The notes below the pieces were generated by a model that saw only the letters and a list, made by a program, of their open reading frames with translations, ran no database searches and was not told where the DNA came from. Source: an uncultured Eubacteriales bacterium (GTDB lineage: Bacteria; Bacillota; Clostridia; Oscillospirales; CAG-272). From it: a stretch of DNA of 64,000 bases. A program made the position numbers and the translations under genes. The stretch spans positions 5,865 through 69,864 of the forward strand of contig CATWNM010000007.1 in assembly GCA_958352145.1 (NCBI GenBank), given 5' to 3'. Shown in pieces: positions 30,060 through 40,144 of this stretch. Every line of letters begins with the position of its first letter. Positions within the stretch are counted from its first letter, which is position 1.

Positions 30060-31373
30060 ATGGCAGATTCAAGAAAAAAGATCATTTTCAAAAATGTAGC
30101 GCCCGCTATTTTAGCAAATGCCTGCGTATTTCTGTTTTCAGTCGTTGACGGTATTTTTGTAGGACAAGGTGCTGGAATGGATGCCCTCGGCGCTGTCAAT
30201 ATCGCGCTTCCGTTCGTGCTGATCGTTCAGGCACTTAATGCAATGGCAAGTATCGGTGGTGTTACCATTACCGCCATTCGCTTCGGACGCGGTGATAAAG
30301 AAGGTGCACAAAATGCTTTCATGCACTCCGTAACTATCAATTTTATTGTTGGTTGCCTGGTCACGCTGATCGGGTGCGGCTTAACAGCACCCGTTTGTAA
30401 ATTGCTCGGTGCAACCGGCAATTACTTTGAACTTGCAAAGGATTATGTGTTCTGGTGGGCATTGTTTGCCGTCGCCAACTCGGTATCGTTGAACCTGCAA
30501 TCTTTCTGCCGTAACGACGGTAATCCCGGACTTGTGGCGATAACGAATGTAGTCATCACGACACTGAACATATTCCTTGACTGGCTTTTCGTATTTCCGA
30601 TGCAAATGGGTGTTGCAGGCGCGGCAATCGCAACTGGTATTTCGCAGGTCGTCGGTCTTTGCGTAATCCTGACTCACTTCATTTTCAAAAAAGGTGAGCT
30701 TCGCATTCGAAAATATAAACCGCAGGGCAAGCTGTTCCGCAAAATTGTTCTGCGCGGACTTCCGGAAGCAATTGCACAGTTTTCCACGCCCGTTACTACA
30801 TTCTGTATGAATCAAACGCTGATGGCAACCTACGGTGACATCGGTATCAATGCGTTCTCTATTATTTCCTATCTGTCGTCCTTTACGATGTCAATATTCT
30901 TCGGAGCATCGGAAGGTATGCAGCCATTGTTCGGTCAGGCGTATGGCGCAAAGCGGGATGATGACCTTAAACATTACTATCGCTCAGGACAGATCATCAG
31001 CATTGTCGGTAGTGCAATCTGCGTGGCAATTTATGTAATCTTTCCTCACGCGCTCTGCAAACTGTTCGATGCGGATGATATAACCATTGATTTTACATGC
31101 ATACATATGTGGGAATACTGTTGGGGTTTTATTATCGGCAGTATTAATACTATGATTTCAGCGTACTTCTATTCCACCAAGCGTTCCACACAGGCAATCG
31201 TGCTCAACACCGTGCGAAGCCTGATTATGAACAGCCTTGTTATCACATTTATACCGATGATCTTCGGCAAATTGATCGTATGGCATACCTTCGGTATCTT
31301 TGAGGTGCTTGTGCTGATCGCTGCAATCATCATCAAAAAGTATTCCGAACGAAAAGGTATTATTTACAAATAA
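30060..31373 (+). CDS. MATE family efflux transporter
   Basis: 437 aa and 12-TM-like. N-terminus ...ILANACVFLFSVVDGIFVGQGAGMDALGAVNIALP is typical of MatE. Confidence 0.85.
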   Translation: MADSRKKIIFKNVAPAILANACVFLFSVVDGIFVGQGAGMDALGAVNIALPFVLIVQALNAMASIGGVTITAIRFGRGDKEGAQNAFMHSVTINFIVGCLVTLIGCGLTAPVCKLLGATGNYFELAKDYVFWWALFAVANSVSLNLQSFCRNDGNPGLVAITNVVITTLNIFLDWLFVFPMQMGVAGAAIATGISQVVGLCVILTHFIFKKGELRIRKYKPQGKLFRKIVLRGLPEAIAQFSTPVTTFCMNQTLMATYGDIGINAFSIISYLSSFTMSIFFGASEGMQPLFGQAYGAKRDDDLKHYYRSGQIISIVGSAICVAIYVIFPHALCKLFDADDITIDFTCIHMWEYCWGFIIGSINTMISAYFYSTKRSTQAIVLNTVRSLIMNSLVITFIPMIFGKLIVWHTFGIFEVLVLIAAIIIKKYSERKGIIYK

Positions 31374-31521
31374 ATATATTGTGGTCATCGGAGGACTTTC
31401 CGTCGTAACGGAAAAGTCGATAAGATGCCGGGTGCGCTCGGTTTAAATGATAAGTCTGTAAAAAAGACTTGCATGCAAAGTCAAGCGCATTTTTATGTTA
31501 ATTTATAACTGGAGGCATTAT

Positions 31522-33258
31522 ATGAAAATTATTTTACGATTTTTGAAGCCGCATTGGAAATTGTGTGTCATCACTGTTTTATTGGCTTTTTTTGATGTTG
31601 TCGGAGCGCTGATTATCCCGACTTATGCTGCAGAGATGCTCAACCGAGGCACAATGCTAAATGCTGACTTCTCTATGCTTTTGAACACTTGTATCAAGAT
31701 GGTAGTCGCCGCCGCTATATCCGGCATAGCAATGCTTATAGGTTCGTATGTATGCGCTGACTTGACGTCAAAAGTTGGTGCGGATATGAGAAATGCGCTT
31801 TATAAAAAATCAATGAGCTTGTCTGTCGCAGATTTCCGAAACTTTGGTACTGCTTCGGTTACTACAAGAACCGTATCGGACATTACCAACATTCAGTTTG
31901 CGCTTGGCAGCTGTTTTCAGATGTTATTTCCCGTTCCGATTATTTTCGTGGTATCCCTTATCCTTGCTTTCCGTATGGATTGGCTGATGGGATTGATACT
32001 ACTTGCCGTTTTGATCGTCATTACGGCTGTTTGTGCGATCATTATGCGTTCCACTTCTCCGATGTTCCGCAAACTTCACAAGAAGTTGGACAGAATGAGT
32101 AAGGTTCTTCTTGAAAATATCACGGGTGTGCGCGTTATTCGCGCTTTTAACAAAGAAACTCACGAGGAACAGCGTTTGGATAATGAATTTCAAAGTTATG
32201 CTAAAACCGCAATTAAGGTAAATAAGCGTTTCGCAATTCTTGACAGTATATCTTTTTGCGCTATCAATATATTCGTCATTATTGTTTATCTTTTAAGCGG
32301 CTCCCGTATAACAGCAGGTTACTTTGAAATCGGCGATATTACGGCTATTATCGAGTATGCCATGCTTTCGTTGTTCTTCTTAATGATGGCGCAGGTGGTG
32401 ATTCTGACCTTACCTCGCGCTTTGGAATGTTGCAACCGTATCGGTGAAATTCTCGATTTCTCGCCTACCATTGCCGATAAAACCGATAAGCGCGTACAAG
32501 AAGTGAGTAACAAAAATGTTTTGTCCTTCAAAGATGTTTCCTTCCGTTTTGCCGATGCGGATGAATATACCTTGAAAAACTTGAATTTTGATTGCCGTCG
32601 CGGTGAAACAACTGCTATTATCGGGGGTACGGGTAGCGGTAAATCTACGGTTGCTTCACTTATGATGCGTTTTAACGAGGTTACGGAAGGCAAGGTGCTT
32701 TTGAATGGGGTGGATATTCGTGAAATTCCGCAAAGTCAGCTCCGTGATCATTTATCCTTTGTTCAGCAAAGAGCATGGCTGTTTTCGGGGACGATTGCGG
32801 AAAACCTGCGATACGGCAACCCTGAAGCAACCGAGGAAGATCTGTGGCACGCTTTGGAGGTCGCACAGGCAAAGGATTTCGTTGAAGCTCTCCCCGATAA
32901 ATTACATTCTTTTGTAGCGCAAGGTGGCACAAACTTTTCGGGCGGACAGAAACAGCGGCTTTCTATTGCGCGGGCATTGGTAAAGAAACCTGAGCTTTAT
33001 ATTTTTGACGATAGCTTTTCGGCACTTGACTTCAAGACTGATGCAGCTCTCCGCAAGGCATTGATCCCCGAAACAAAGAATGCGGCAGTAGTCATTATAG
33101 CACAGCGTATCAGTACCATTCTTCATGCAGACCGCATTATCGTTTTACATGAGGGTGAACCCGTAGGTATGGGTAAACATGAGAAATTGCTTGGAAACTG
33201 TTCTGTATATAAAGAAATCTATGAGTCGCAGACCAAGGAGGCAAGCGAAAATGAGTGA
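31522..33258 (+). CDS. ABC exporter, fused permease/ATPase subunit
   Basis: GGAGG lies 6 nt before the ATG at 31522. Walker A GGTGSGKST, signature FSGGQKQR, Walker B IFDDSFSALD. Confidence 0.9.
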   Translation: MKIILRFLKPHWKLCVITVLLAFFDVVGALIIPTYAAEMLNRGTMLNADFSMLLNTCIKMVVAAAISGIAMLIGSYVCADLTSKVGADMRNALYKKSMSLSVADFRNFGTASVTTRTVSDITNIQFALGSCFQMLFPVPIIFVVSLILAFRMDWLMGLILLAVLIVITAVCAIIMRSTSPMFRKLHKKLDRMSKVLLENITGVRVIRAFNKETHEEQRLDNEFQSYAKTAIKVNKRFAILDSISFCAINIFVIIVYLLSGSRITAGYFEIGDITAIIEYAMLSLFFLMMAQVVILTLPRALECCNRIGEILDFSPTIADKTDKRVQEVSNKNVLSFKDVSFRFADADEYTLKNLNFDCRRGETTAIIGGTGSGKSTVASLMMRFNEVTEGKVLLNGVDIREIPQSQLRDHLSFVQQRAWLFSGTIAENLRYGNPEATEEDLWHALEVAQAKDFVEALPDKLHSFVAQGGTNFSGGQKQRLSIARALVKKPELYIFDDSFSALDFKTDAALRKALIPETKNAAVVIIAQRISTILHADRIIVLHEGEPVGMGKHEKLLGNCSVYKEIYESQTKEASENE

Positions 33259-35056
33259 GAAAAAGAATGTGAAGTTCGATAAAGAAGTTCCCGAAAACGT
33301 AGGTAAAACCGCCAAGCGTTTATTCGGTCAATTTAAAAATCAACGAGGACGTTTAACCATTGTCGGTATCTGTATTGTTTTTTATGTGCTTCTCAATACA
33401 TACACGCCCTATTATAGTGCGGGAGTTATTGACCATCTTTTGTCAAACATTCGAAATTGTGCGGAAACCGGTTCAAAGTTTTCAATTGAGCGGGAGACTC
33501 TTGGTATTGAAATGCTTTCACTTTGCGTGATGTATGCTTTGACGGCTGTGTTTTATCATTTCCAAGGTTATTTGATGGCAAATGTGGCTGAAAATTTGAT
33601 ACTTACGTTAAGAAAGCAGATCAGTAACAAACTGAACAAATTGCCCTTGCGTTTTTTTGACGGAAACAAACCCGGTGAAATCTTAAGTCGCGTAACGAGT
33701 GACCTTGATAAAGTATCTGAAACCTTGCAGACCGGTCTGTTGAAGCTGATAACCTCGATAGGAACGCTTATAGGCGCATTAGCGTTTATGTTCTATTACA
33801 GTTGGATTTTGACACTTATGTTCCTCGCATTTACCATTATTAGCCTTCTTGTTACAAAACTGATTTCAAAGAAAAATCTTGAATGTTCTGCGGCTCGCCA
33901 AGAAGGACTCGCATATCTTACGGGTATTGCGGAGGAATATTATACGGGACGTGATGTGATCCGCGCGTATAACCATGAAAAAGAGAGTATCAAAACAGTA
34001 AATGAAGCGGTTGACGAACTCCGTGCTGCAACCAAGAAAACGGATTTCTTGCTAAACTGCGTCAACCCTTTGATTCGCTTCCTTTCCCGTTTGTCGCAGG
34101 CGGCAATTATGCTCCTTGCTTGTTATTGGATGATTGAAGGCAAAATGACGATCGGTATTGTGCAGGCATTCTTCCAATACATCAATATGGCGGCAGAGCC
34201 GTTGACCGAAACCTCTTATATGATCAACTCCTTGCAGGCGGCTCTTGCTTCTGCGGAGCGTACCTTCAATTTCCTTGATGCAGAGGAAGAAGTAAAAGAC
34301 ACAACCACTCCCGTGAAGCTTGAAAACGCAAAGGGAGAAATCGCCTTTAACAATATCAGCTTTGGTTATACGTCCGATAAAATTTTGATGAAGAACATAA
34401 ATTTCATTGCCAAGCCCGGACAAAAAATTGCTGTTGTCGGCTCTACGGGTGCAGGTAAAACAACGCTGATCAATCTACTCATGCGATTTTATGAGGTCAA
34501 CGGCGGTCAGATCACCATCGACGGTATTCCTACCACCGACTTGACAAGAAAAGACCTTCGCCACAATTTCGGCATGGTTTTGCAGGATACATGGCTTTTC
34601 GGCGGTACGGTTGCTGAAAACATTGCTTACGGTAAACCCGATGCCACAATGGAAGAAATCAAAGCGGCGGCAAAAGCGGCAAAGGTTGATTACTTTATCC
34701 GTACAATGCCGCAAGGCTATGAAACCATACTTGATAACGAGGCAGGTAATCTTTCTGTCGGACAACGACAACTTATTACGATCGCCCGTGTATTCCTTTG
34801 CAATCCTCCCGTTATTATCTTGGACGAGGCAACGTCAAGCGTTGATACCCGTACCGAAGTCGAGATCGGCAAAGCAATGAAAAAGCTCATGAGTGGCAGA
34901 ACAAGTTTTGTTATCGCACACCGTTTGTCCACAATTCGTGATGCAGACATAATTCTGTTCATGGAAAATGGCAATATAATCGAACAAGGTAACCATAAAC
35001 AGTTGCTTGAAAAGAAAGGTGCATACTCTGCGCTGTATTACAGCCAGTTTGCGTAA
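33251..35056 (+). CDS. ABC exporter, fused permease/ATPase subunit (partner)
   Basis: The start ATG at 33251 overlaps the upstream stop (ATGAGTGA). Walker A GSTGAGKTT, signature LSVGQRQ, Walker B ILDEATSSVD. Confidence 0.9.
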   Translation: MSEKKNVKFDKEVPENVGKTAKRLFGQFKNQRGRLTIVGICIVFYVLLNTYTPYYSAGVIDHLLSNIRNCAETGSKFSIERETLGIEMLSLCVMYALTAVFYHFQGYLMANVAENLILTLRKQISNKLNKLPLRFFDGNKPGEILSRVTSDLDKVSETLQTGLLKLITSIGTLIGALAFMFYYSWILTLMFLAFTIISLLVTKLISKKNLECSAARQEGLAYLTGIAEEYYTGRDVIRAYNHEKESIKTVNEAVDELRAATKKTDFLLNCVNPLIRFLSRLSQAAIMLLACYWMIEGKMTIGIVQAFFQYINMAAEPLTETSYMINSLQAALASAERTFNFLDAEEEVKDTTTPVKLENAKGEIAFNNISFGYTSDKILMKNINFIAKPGQKIAVVGSTGAGKTTLINLLMRFYEVNGGQITIDGIPTTDLTRKDLRHNFGMVLQDTWLFGGTVAENIAYGKPDATMEEIKAAAKAAKVDYFIRTMPQGYETILDNEAGNLSVGQRQLITIARVFLCNPPVIILDEATSSVDTRTEVEIGKAMKKLMSGRTSFVIAHRLSTIRDADIILFMENGNIIEQGNHKQLLEKKGAYSALYYSQFA

Positions 35057-35140
35057 AGCGATTTACGCGCCTATTGTAATGAAAACACATTCAATATGAC
35101 GCAAAACCGTTTTATGTAATAGTTACTGTTCAAATTGAAA

Positions 35141-35176
35141 AACGGCGGTTTTGCAAATACAAAGCCGCCGTTTTTC
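35141..35176 (+). terminator. Rho-independent terminator after the efflux operon
   Basis: AACGGCGGTTTT-loop-AAAGCCGCCGTT followed by TTTTT. Confidence 0.65.
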
Positions 35177-35513
35177 GACGACTTAAAGACCACACACGGC
35201 GGTATCTAATGGAGGTACGCCGTGTTAATTTTTTTCAATACTCACCCGCCTAATATCCTACGGTCAAAAAAGCTATCACCCGCCGTCGGGATATTACGGC
35301 TATGAGTATGAACTCACAAATTATCTAACACTGCTTACAATTCTTTTTGCGCTCGTTCGCGTCTTGCGAACGGGCGCATTTTGTCTTTTTCAAAAATTTT
35401 TTCAAAAAAATCACCGTTTTTATTTGGCAGTTTTCAAAATGCGGTGGTGTGGGTAACGAAAGGGGAAATCAGCCTATCACCCGCTTTCGCGGTTGCGAAA
35501 AGAGGTAAACACC

Positions 35514-35962
35514 TTGAATGAACCAACTCGCACCCAGTTTCAAGTACGCTGTGCTTTTAACGGCTTTTGCAAAAAGGCGTTGAAGTGCGAAGCGAGCAAT
35601 GCACACAGAGATATGAAACGCTATCAAAAACACTTTGTCAGCTTTTCCGATCTGACGCCCGAGAAGAAAATCAGCTTTACACGGTTGACGATCAACCCTA
35701 CGGCGAAGATCACGACAATTCTTTTCGTGTGGGCGGTAAAAGAATCACGCCCGAACTGCTAGCCGAAGCTCTCCGTACATTGCCCGAAGAAAAGCGCAAT
35801 GCTGTTATGCTGTACTACTTCCACGATATGTGCGACGCGGATATTGCCAAGCTCTATAACATTCTGAGAAGTACGGTACAGTACAGACGGACAAGCTCTT
35901 TGGAACCCCTAAAACAATTTTTGGAGGAACGTGCAAATGATGATGAAACAGACGAATGGTAA
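35514..35962 (+). pseudogene. Tn916 ORF7-like sigma-70 family protein, frameshifted
   Basis: The N-terminal frame (…AFNGFCKKALKCEASNAHRDMKRYQKHFVSFSDLTPE) and the C-terminal frame (NQLYTVDDQPY…LPEEKRNAVMLYYFHDMCDADIAKLYNILRSTVQYRR) switch near 35661-35675 in an A-rich run. Confidence 0.75.
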
Positions 35963-36197
35963 TATCAGCGATCACGACGAGCGCGGTTTATTGCTTTATC
36001 CCGTCATTGTAGCCGCGACAAAGGGCGCCCCCGAAGCAATAAAAATTGTAATACAGCATTATGAGGGGTATATCGCTTCTTTATCCGCCCGTAAGCTCCG
36101 CGACGAACGCGGCAATACATATTACGGCATTGACGAGGACATACGCGATAGACTACGTTCAAGGCTTATGCGAGCCATTCTTGATTTTGAGGTTTGA
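35931..36197 (+). CDS. Tn916 ORF8-like helix-turn-helix protein
   Basis: 88 aa. YPVIVAATKGAPEAIKIVIQHYEGYIASLSARKL matches the conjugative-transposon HTH_16-type family as I remember it. Overlaps the sigma gene end. Confidence 0.65.
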   Translation: MQMMMKQTNGNISDHDERGLLLYPVIVAATKGAPEAIKIVIQHYEGYIASLSARKLRDERGNTYYGIDEDIRDRLRSRLMRAILDFEV

Positions 36198-36640
36198 TTA
36201 AAACGTGCGCTTGCGCCCACCCCTTTCCGTAAGCGTACAAAATCCTACCTCTCACGTTCCTTGACAAAGAAAGCGACGCAAGATAACGGCGACGCAGTAT
36301 AGGGCAAATCGGATACGTTCTTTTTGCCCCGAGCCGAGCGACGGGTGCGTCGCGGGAACGAGCGAGAAACACAGCGTCGTAAAACGAATATAGCAGTTTG
36401 TGGGCGACGACAAGCAGAAAGGATAATGATACTCCCTTATAGCCACAGTTCGAGCGTGATTCCGGTGGCCTCGCAAATTCGCAGAATTTGCGGGGTGGAA
36501 ATAGCGTCGCAAACGATGGGGAGGTTGCCAAAGAGAGCAAGGGTGAAACTCCCGTGGAGCTATGCTAATAGCCGTCCGATTAAAGCCCCTTTTTCGTATT
36601 CAAAACTTTTTAGCCAAAATTAACGAAAGGGGGTTATCCT

Positions 36641-36877
36641 ATGGCAAAAAAAGAAACTACAAGCCAAGCCGCCCCGATGTTACCTATGCTAAAAACCGTA
36701 GAGCAAATGAGCAAGGTTAGCGGCATTGGTGAAAACAAGCTCCGTGAGCTTATGGATAGCGGCGAGCTTGAATATATCCAAAACGGAAACCGCCGATTGA
36801 TAGCCGATTCTGCAATATGGGATTGGTACCATAGAGCAAAGACGGCGGCAAAATCCCCGGCTACACAAGGGGGTTAA
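36641..36877 (+). CDS. xis: Excisionase (Tn916 Xis-like DNA-binding protein)
   Basis: 78 aa. LKTVEQMSKVSGIGENKLRELMDSGELEYIQNGNRRLI. RBS AAAGGGGG. Lies immediately upstream of int. Confidence 0.8.
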   Translation: MAKKETTSQAAPMLPMLKTVEQMSKVSGIGENKLRELMDSGELEYIQNGNRRLIADSAIWDWYHRAKTAAKSPATQGG

Positions 36878-36880
36878 GCT

Positions 36881-38183
36881 ATGGCGGTATTATTAAGACA
36901 AGTATAAAATAAACGTGATAGTAACGGTGTTCTGACGGGTAAGCCAGGCACCGTTTACGACGTTAATATCAAATATAATTCGCCCGAAGGCAAAATGACC
37001 TATTCCCAAAAGGGCTTTGCAACCAAAAAGGAAGCTACACAGCACGAAGCTGAAATGAAAACCAAGCTCGCAAATCCCGTCTATACGCCCGTTGCTTCCT
37101 CACAAGGCAAGCAGACGGTCAAGGAGTATATGGAGGAATGGGTAAGAGATACACGGAAAAGCAAACTTGCGCCCAAGCACGTTTGCAAGCTACAAGGGCT
37201 ATATAAAAAACCACATTGTGCCGAACATCGGACACGTTCAACTCAATCAGCTTTCGCCCGCTATGCTTGACAATATGTTTCAAAAAATGTTCGATAGCGG
37301 ATTGTCAAACAGTAGCGTCAGATATGCTCAAAGAATTATGAGCGTCGCATAGGAACACGCAAGGAAGTATCACTACATAGAACACAATGCCGCCCGTGAT
37401 GTTATCACGAAATTTGGCAAGCAAGGCAAGACACCCGACCCGTACACCATAGGACAAATGCAAGATTTTATGGGCAAGGTTATCGGTACGGAATGGGAAA
37501 TGCTCGTTATGCTTGCGGGTATGTATGGCTTGCGTATGAGTGAAATTCTCGGCTTGCGTTGGCAAAATGTAGATTTGGAAAAAGGCACGTTCGGCGTTGT
37601 CGAGCAATTACCGTTTAATCTCCCCGCAGGGACAAAAGAGATTGCGGAAATGGCACCGACAAAATCCAACGATAGAATATTGCCGATCACCGATCTGACG
37701 CGCCCATATTTTGAGCAAGCGAAAAATCTGCAAGAAAGGAGGAAGGAGCTTACAGCCGCCGCAGGGACACCGTACTATGACAATGACCTTGTGATCTCAA
37801 AGCCCGACGGCACACCTTATCGGCGCGACGTTGTTTCAAACAATTTCGGTCAGCTTGTACGGCACCTTGAAATGCCGCATATTCGTTTTCACGATTTGCG
37901 GCATACGGCGGCAACCAATATGCACCAACTCACGGGCGACTTTTATACTGTCGGTGAGATTTTGGGGCATACGTTGAAAGGTATCGGAATGTCGCTTGGT
38001 ATCTCAACCAACCTTGAAGCAGTAACGGCACAGTACGTTGACGTGCGTCTTGAACGTAAAAAATCCGTCCTTGACGTTTACCACAAGGGCACTACACCCG
38101 CCGAAAGGCGACGGAGAAAAGAAGCAAGGCGACAGCGGCAAGGAAGAAAAGCCAAAGAAAAAAGTAGTGATATAGAGCTATAA
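36881..38183 (+). pseudogene. int: Tyrosine integrase (Tn916-Int-like) with three lesions
   Basis: Collinear with the left integrase and retains RxxxR..HDLRHT..GH..Y-region motifs. It has a TAA at about 36905 (RQV*NKR vs RQVKNKR), a frameshift near 37165 and a TAG at 37350-37352 (SVA*EHA vs SVAFEAA). Confidence 0.85.
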
Positions 38184-38238
38184 CGGGAACATCTCTTTAC
38201 AGCTTTTCACTACTTTTTATAGGTTTTTAAGACATTCG

Positions 38239-38352
38239 GGCACCATAAGGGCACCACAGTATTCATTTTTGATGAATAAACTGAATAGAGCAAAACACCG
38301 AGGTCACCACAAATTAGGGCACCAATGGCACCATTCACAAAAAGCGGGCACC
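38239..38352 (+). repeat. Cluster of GGCACC(A) direct repeats (candidate integrase arm-type sites)
   Basis: Exact GGCACC at 38239, 38250, 38318, 38327 and 38347, plus GTCACC at 38303, between the int stop and the core repeat. Confidence 0.5.
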
Positions 38353-38357
38353 ACCAA

Positions 38358-38404
38358 GACAAAGTGAAAACCCTTGAAAACATAATGTTTTCAAGGGTTT
38401 GTTG
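38358..38404 (+). repeat. Right copy of the island-flanking direct repeat, overlapping the tRNA-Ser 3' end and its terminator hairpin
   Basis: GACAAAGTGAAAACCCTTGAAAACataatgtTTTCAAGGGTTTGTtg. The hairpin AAACCCTTGAAAAC/GTTTTCAAGGGTTT lies directly 3' of the tRNA on the minus strand. Confidence 0.75.
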
Positions 38405-38491
38405 GCGGAGAGGGCGGGATTCGAACCCGCGTGCGATTGCTCGCAAACTGATTTCGAGTCAGCCCCGTTATGACCACTTCGATACCTCTCC
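38403..38491 (-). tRNA. tRNA-Ser: tRNA-Ser (anticodon CGA), class II with long variable arm, CCA encoded
   Basis: The reverse complement is GGAGAGGTATCGAAGTGGTCATAACGGGGCTGACTCGAAATCAGTTTGCGAGCAATCGCACGCGGGTTCGAATCCCGCCCTCTCCGCCA. It has a 7-bp acceptor stem, a T-arm GCGGG-TTCGAAT-CCCGC, an anticodon loop CT-CGA-AA and a variable arm of about 17 nt. Confidence 0.88.
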
Positions 38492-38635
38492 ATATAAGCC
38501 TGTTTGCATTTGAGAAACGGATACCGCACCGTCGTTTTTCTTTTTAAGCAGCATTCTGCCGTAATGAAGCGCGGCGCATTTACGTCGCCTATTATAGCAC
38601 ATCTCCAAAACAAATGCAAGAATTTTTTTTAAAAA

Positions 38636-38658
38636 GTCAAGGCCTGTTTGGCCTTGAC
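38636..38658 (-). terminator. Hairpin terminator directly after trkH
   Basis: GTCAAGGCC-aaacag-GGCCTTGAC followed by a T-rich tract on the minus strand. Confidence 0.55.
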
Positions 38659-38659
38659 T

Positions 38660-40138
38660 TTAAATACTCGCTTCGGCGGATTTTTTTTGTGCGAAGCCCG
38701 ATTTTCGCCAAATGGCCGGATGGAAGAGCAGTAGCATCGGAAACAGTTCCAACCGTCCCGCAAGCATATCGAAGATCAGCACATATTTGGAAAAACAACT
38801 GAAAAAGCCGTAATTTTGCGAGGGGCCGACCAAGGACAGTCCGGGGCCGATATTATTGATGGTCGCGGCAACTGCGGTAAAGCTGGTCGTTGTATCATGG
38901 CCGTCTACGGATATAAGCAGCGTGGAGACGGCGAAGATAAAAATATACGCGACTAGGAACGCGCTGGTTGTATGAACAATGTCGCTGCTGACAATTTTTT
39001 TCTCCAGCCGAATTTTGGTTATGCTGTTGGGATATAGGTACCGCCGGAGTTCTTCGCGGGCGCGCTTGGCAAGGATGATGATTCGGGAGACTTTCAATCC
39101 GCCGCCGGTACTGCCGGCACAGGCGCCGATAAACATCAGCAGCACGAGGATTGTTTGGGAAAGCACCGGCCAGCGGGCAAAATCGCAGGTGGCAAAGCCG
39201 GTCGTCGTCATAATCGAGGAAACCTGAAATGCAGCGTGCCGGAGTGATGCTTCTATGTTTTCTCCCGGAATATACGTGTTCCAAAAAATGATGCCGCTCG
39301 CCGCCGCAAGAATGATAAAGTACGTTCGGAGTTCTTCGCTGCGCAGCGCCTGCTTCCATTTTTTAATCAGGAGCAAAAAGTATATATTGAAGTTGACGCC
39401 GAACAGCGCCATAAAAATCGCGACTACCCATTGAAGATACGGCGAATACTCAGCCATACTGCTGTTGCGGATGCCAAATCCGCCGGTACCCGCGGTGCCG
39501 AACGTGGTTGTGACCGCATCAAAAGCGGGCATACCGCCCGCCAGTAGAAAGAAAAATTCCAAAATAGACAGGAATATATATAGCATATACAGGATCAGTG
39601 CGGTATAGCGGGTTTTGGGAACCAGCTTTCCGACTGCGGGGCCGGGACTTTCGGCGCGCATCAAGTGCATTTGGGATCCGCCTGCGAGCGGGAGAACGGC
39701 GAGTAAAAATACGAGAACGCCCATACCGCCGATCCAATGTGTAAAGCTGCGCCAGAACAGGCTGCAGTGCGACAGAGCCTCGACGTCGGACAGGATGCTC
39801 GCGCCGGTCGTCGTAAAACCGGAGACGGTTTCGAAAAGCGCGTCGGTAAAAGCGGGAATTTCGCGGTTAATTATAAACGGCAGACAGCCGAAGATACTGA
39901 GCGCAATCCAAGAAAGCGCAACGGCGACAAAGCCTTCTTTCAGGTAAAAAACCATGTTTTTAGGCCGTCGCAGAATCGCCGGTACCCCTGCCGCCGCGCA
40001 GATCAGCGCGGTGGTCAGAAAGGCATATGCCGCGCATTCGCGATAGAATAAGCCGACCGCGAAAGGGAGCAGCATAAATATGGCTTCCATATTCAAAACC
40101 CAGCCAAGAATATAGACGATTATACGAAAATTCATCAT
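38660..40138 (-). CDS. trkH: TrkH/KtrB-family potassium uptake membrane subunit
   Basis: 492 aa, polytopic, with repeated pore-loop motifs (SGFTTTGASIL, TTGFAT, GTAGTGGFG, GSTGGGLK). Confidence 0.9.
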   Translation of the reverse strand: MMNFRIIVYILGWVLNMEAIFMLLPFAVGLFYRECAAYAFLTTALICAAAGVPAILRRPKNMVFYLKEGFVAVALSWIALSIFGCLPFIINREIPAFTDALFETVSGFTTTGASILSDVEALSHCSLFWRSFTHWIGGMGVLVFLLAVLPLAGGSQMHLMRAESPGPAVGKLVPKTRYTALILYMLYIFLSILEFFFLLAGGMPAFDAVTTTFGTAGTGGFGIRNSSMAEYSPYLQWVVAIFMALFGVNFNIYFLLLIKKWKQALRSEELRTYFIILAAASGIIFWNTYIPGENIEASLRHAAFQVSSIMTTTGFATCDFARWPVLSQTILVLLMFIGACAGSTGGGLKVSRIIILAKRAREELRRYLYPNSITKIRLEKKIVSSDIVHTTSAFLVAYIFIFAVSTLLISVDGHDTTTSFTAVAATINNIGPGLSLVGPSQNYGFFSCFSKYVLIFDMLAGRLELFPMLLLFHPAIWRKSGFAQKKSAEASI

Positions 40139-40144
40139 AATGCC

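Noticed and set aside
36324-36623. 99-aa plus-strand ORF, with its 124-aa antisense partner at 36166-36540
   Set aside because: Both are Arg/Ser-rich with no hydrophobic core pattern and no RBS. They probably arise by chance in a GC-rich non-coding segment.
36200-36640. Possible ORF-less group II intron remnant, since the sequence begins ...GTGCGC like the intron 5' consensus
   Set aside because: I could not find a domain V-like hairpin (AGC triad with GNRA loop) or any RT/maturase remnant. A single GTGCG match is expected by chance. The region is kept only as an unexplained spacer.
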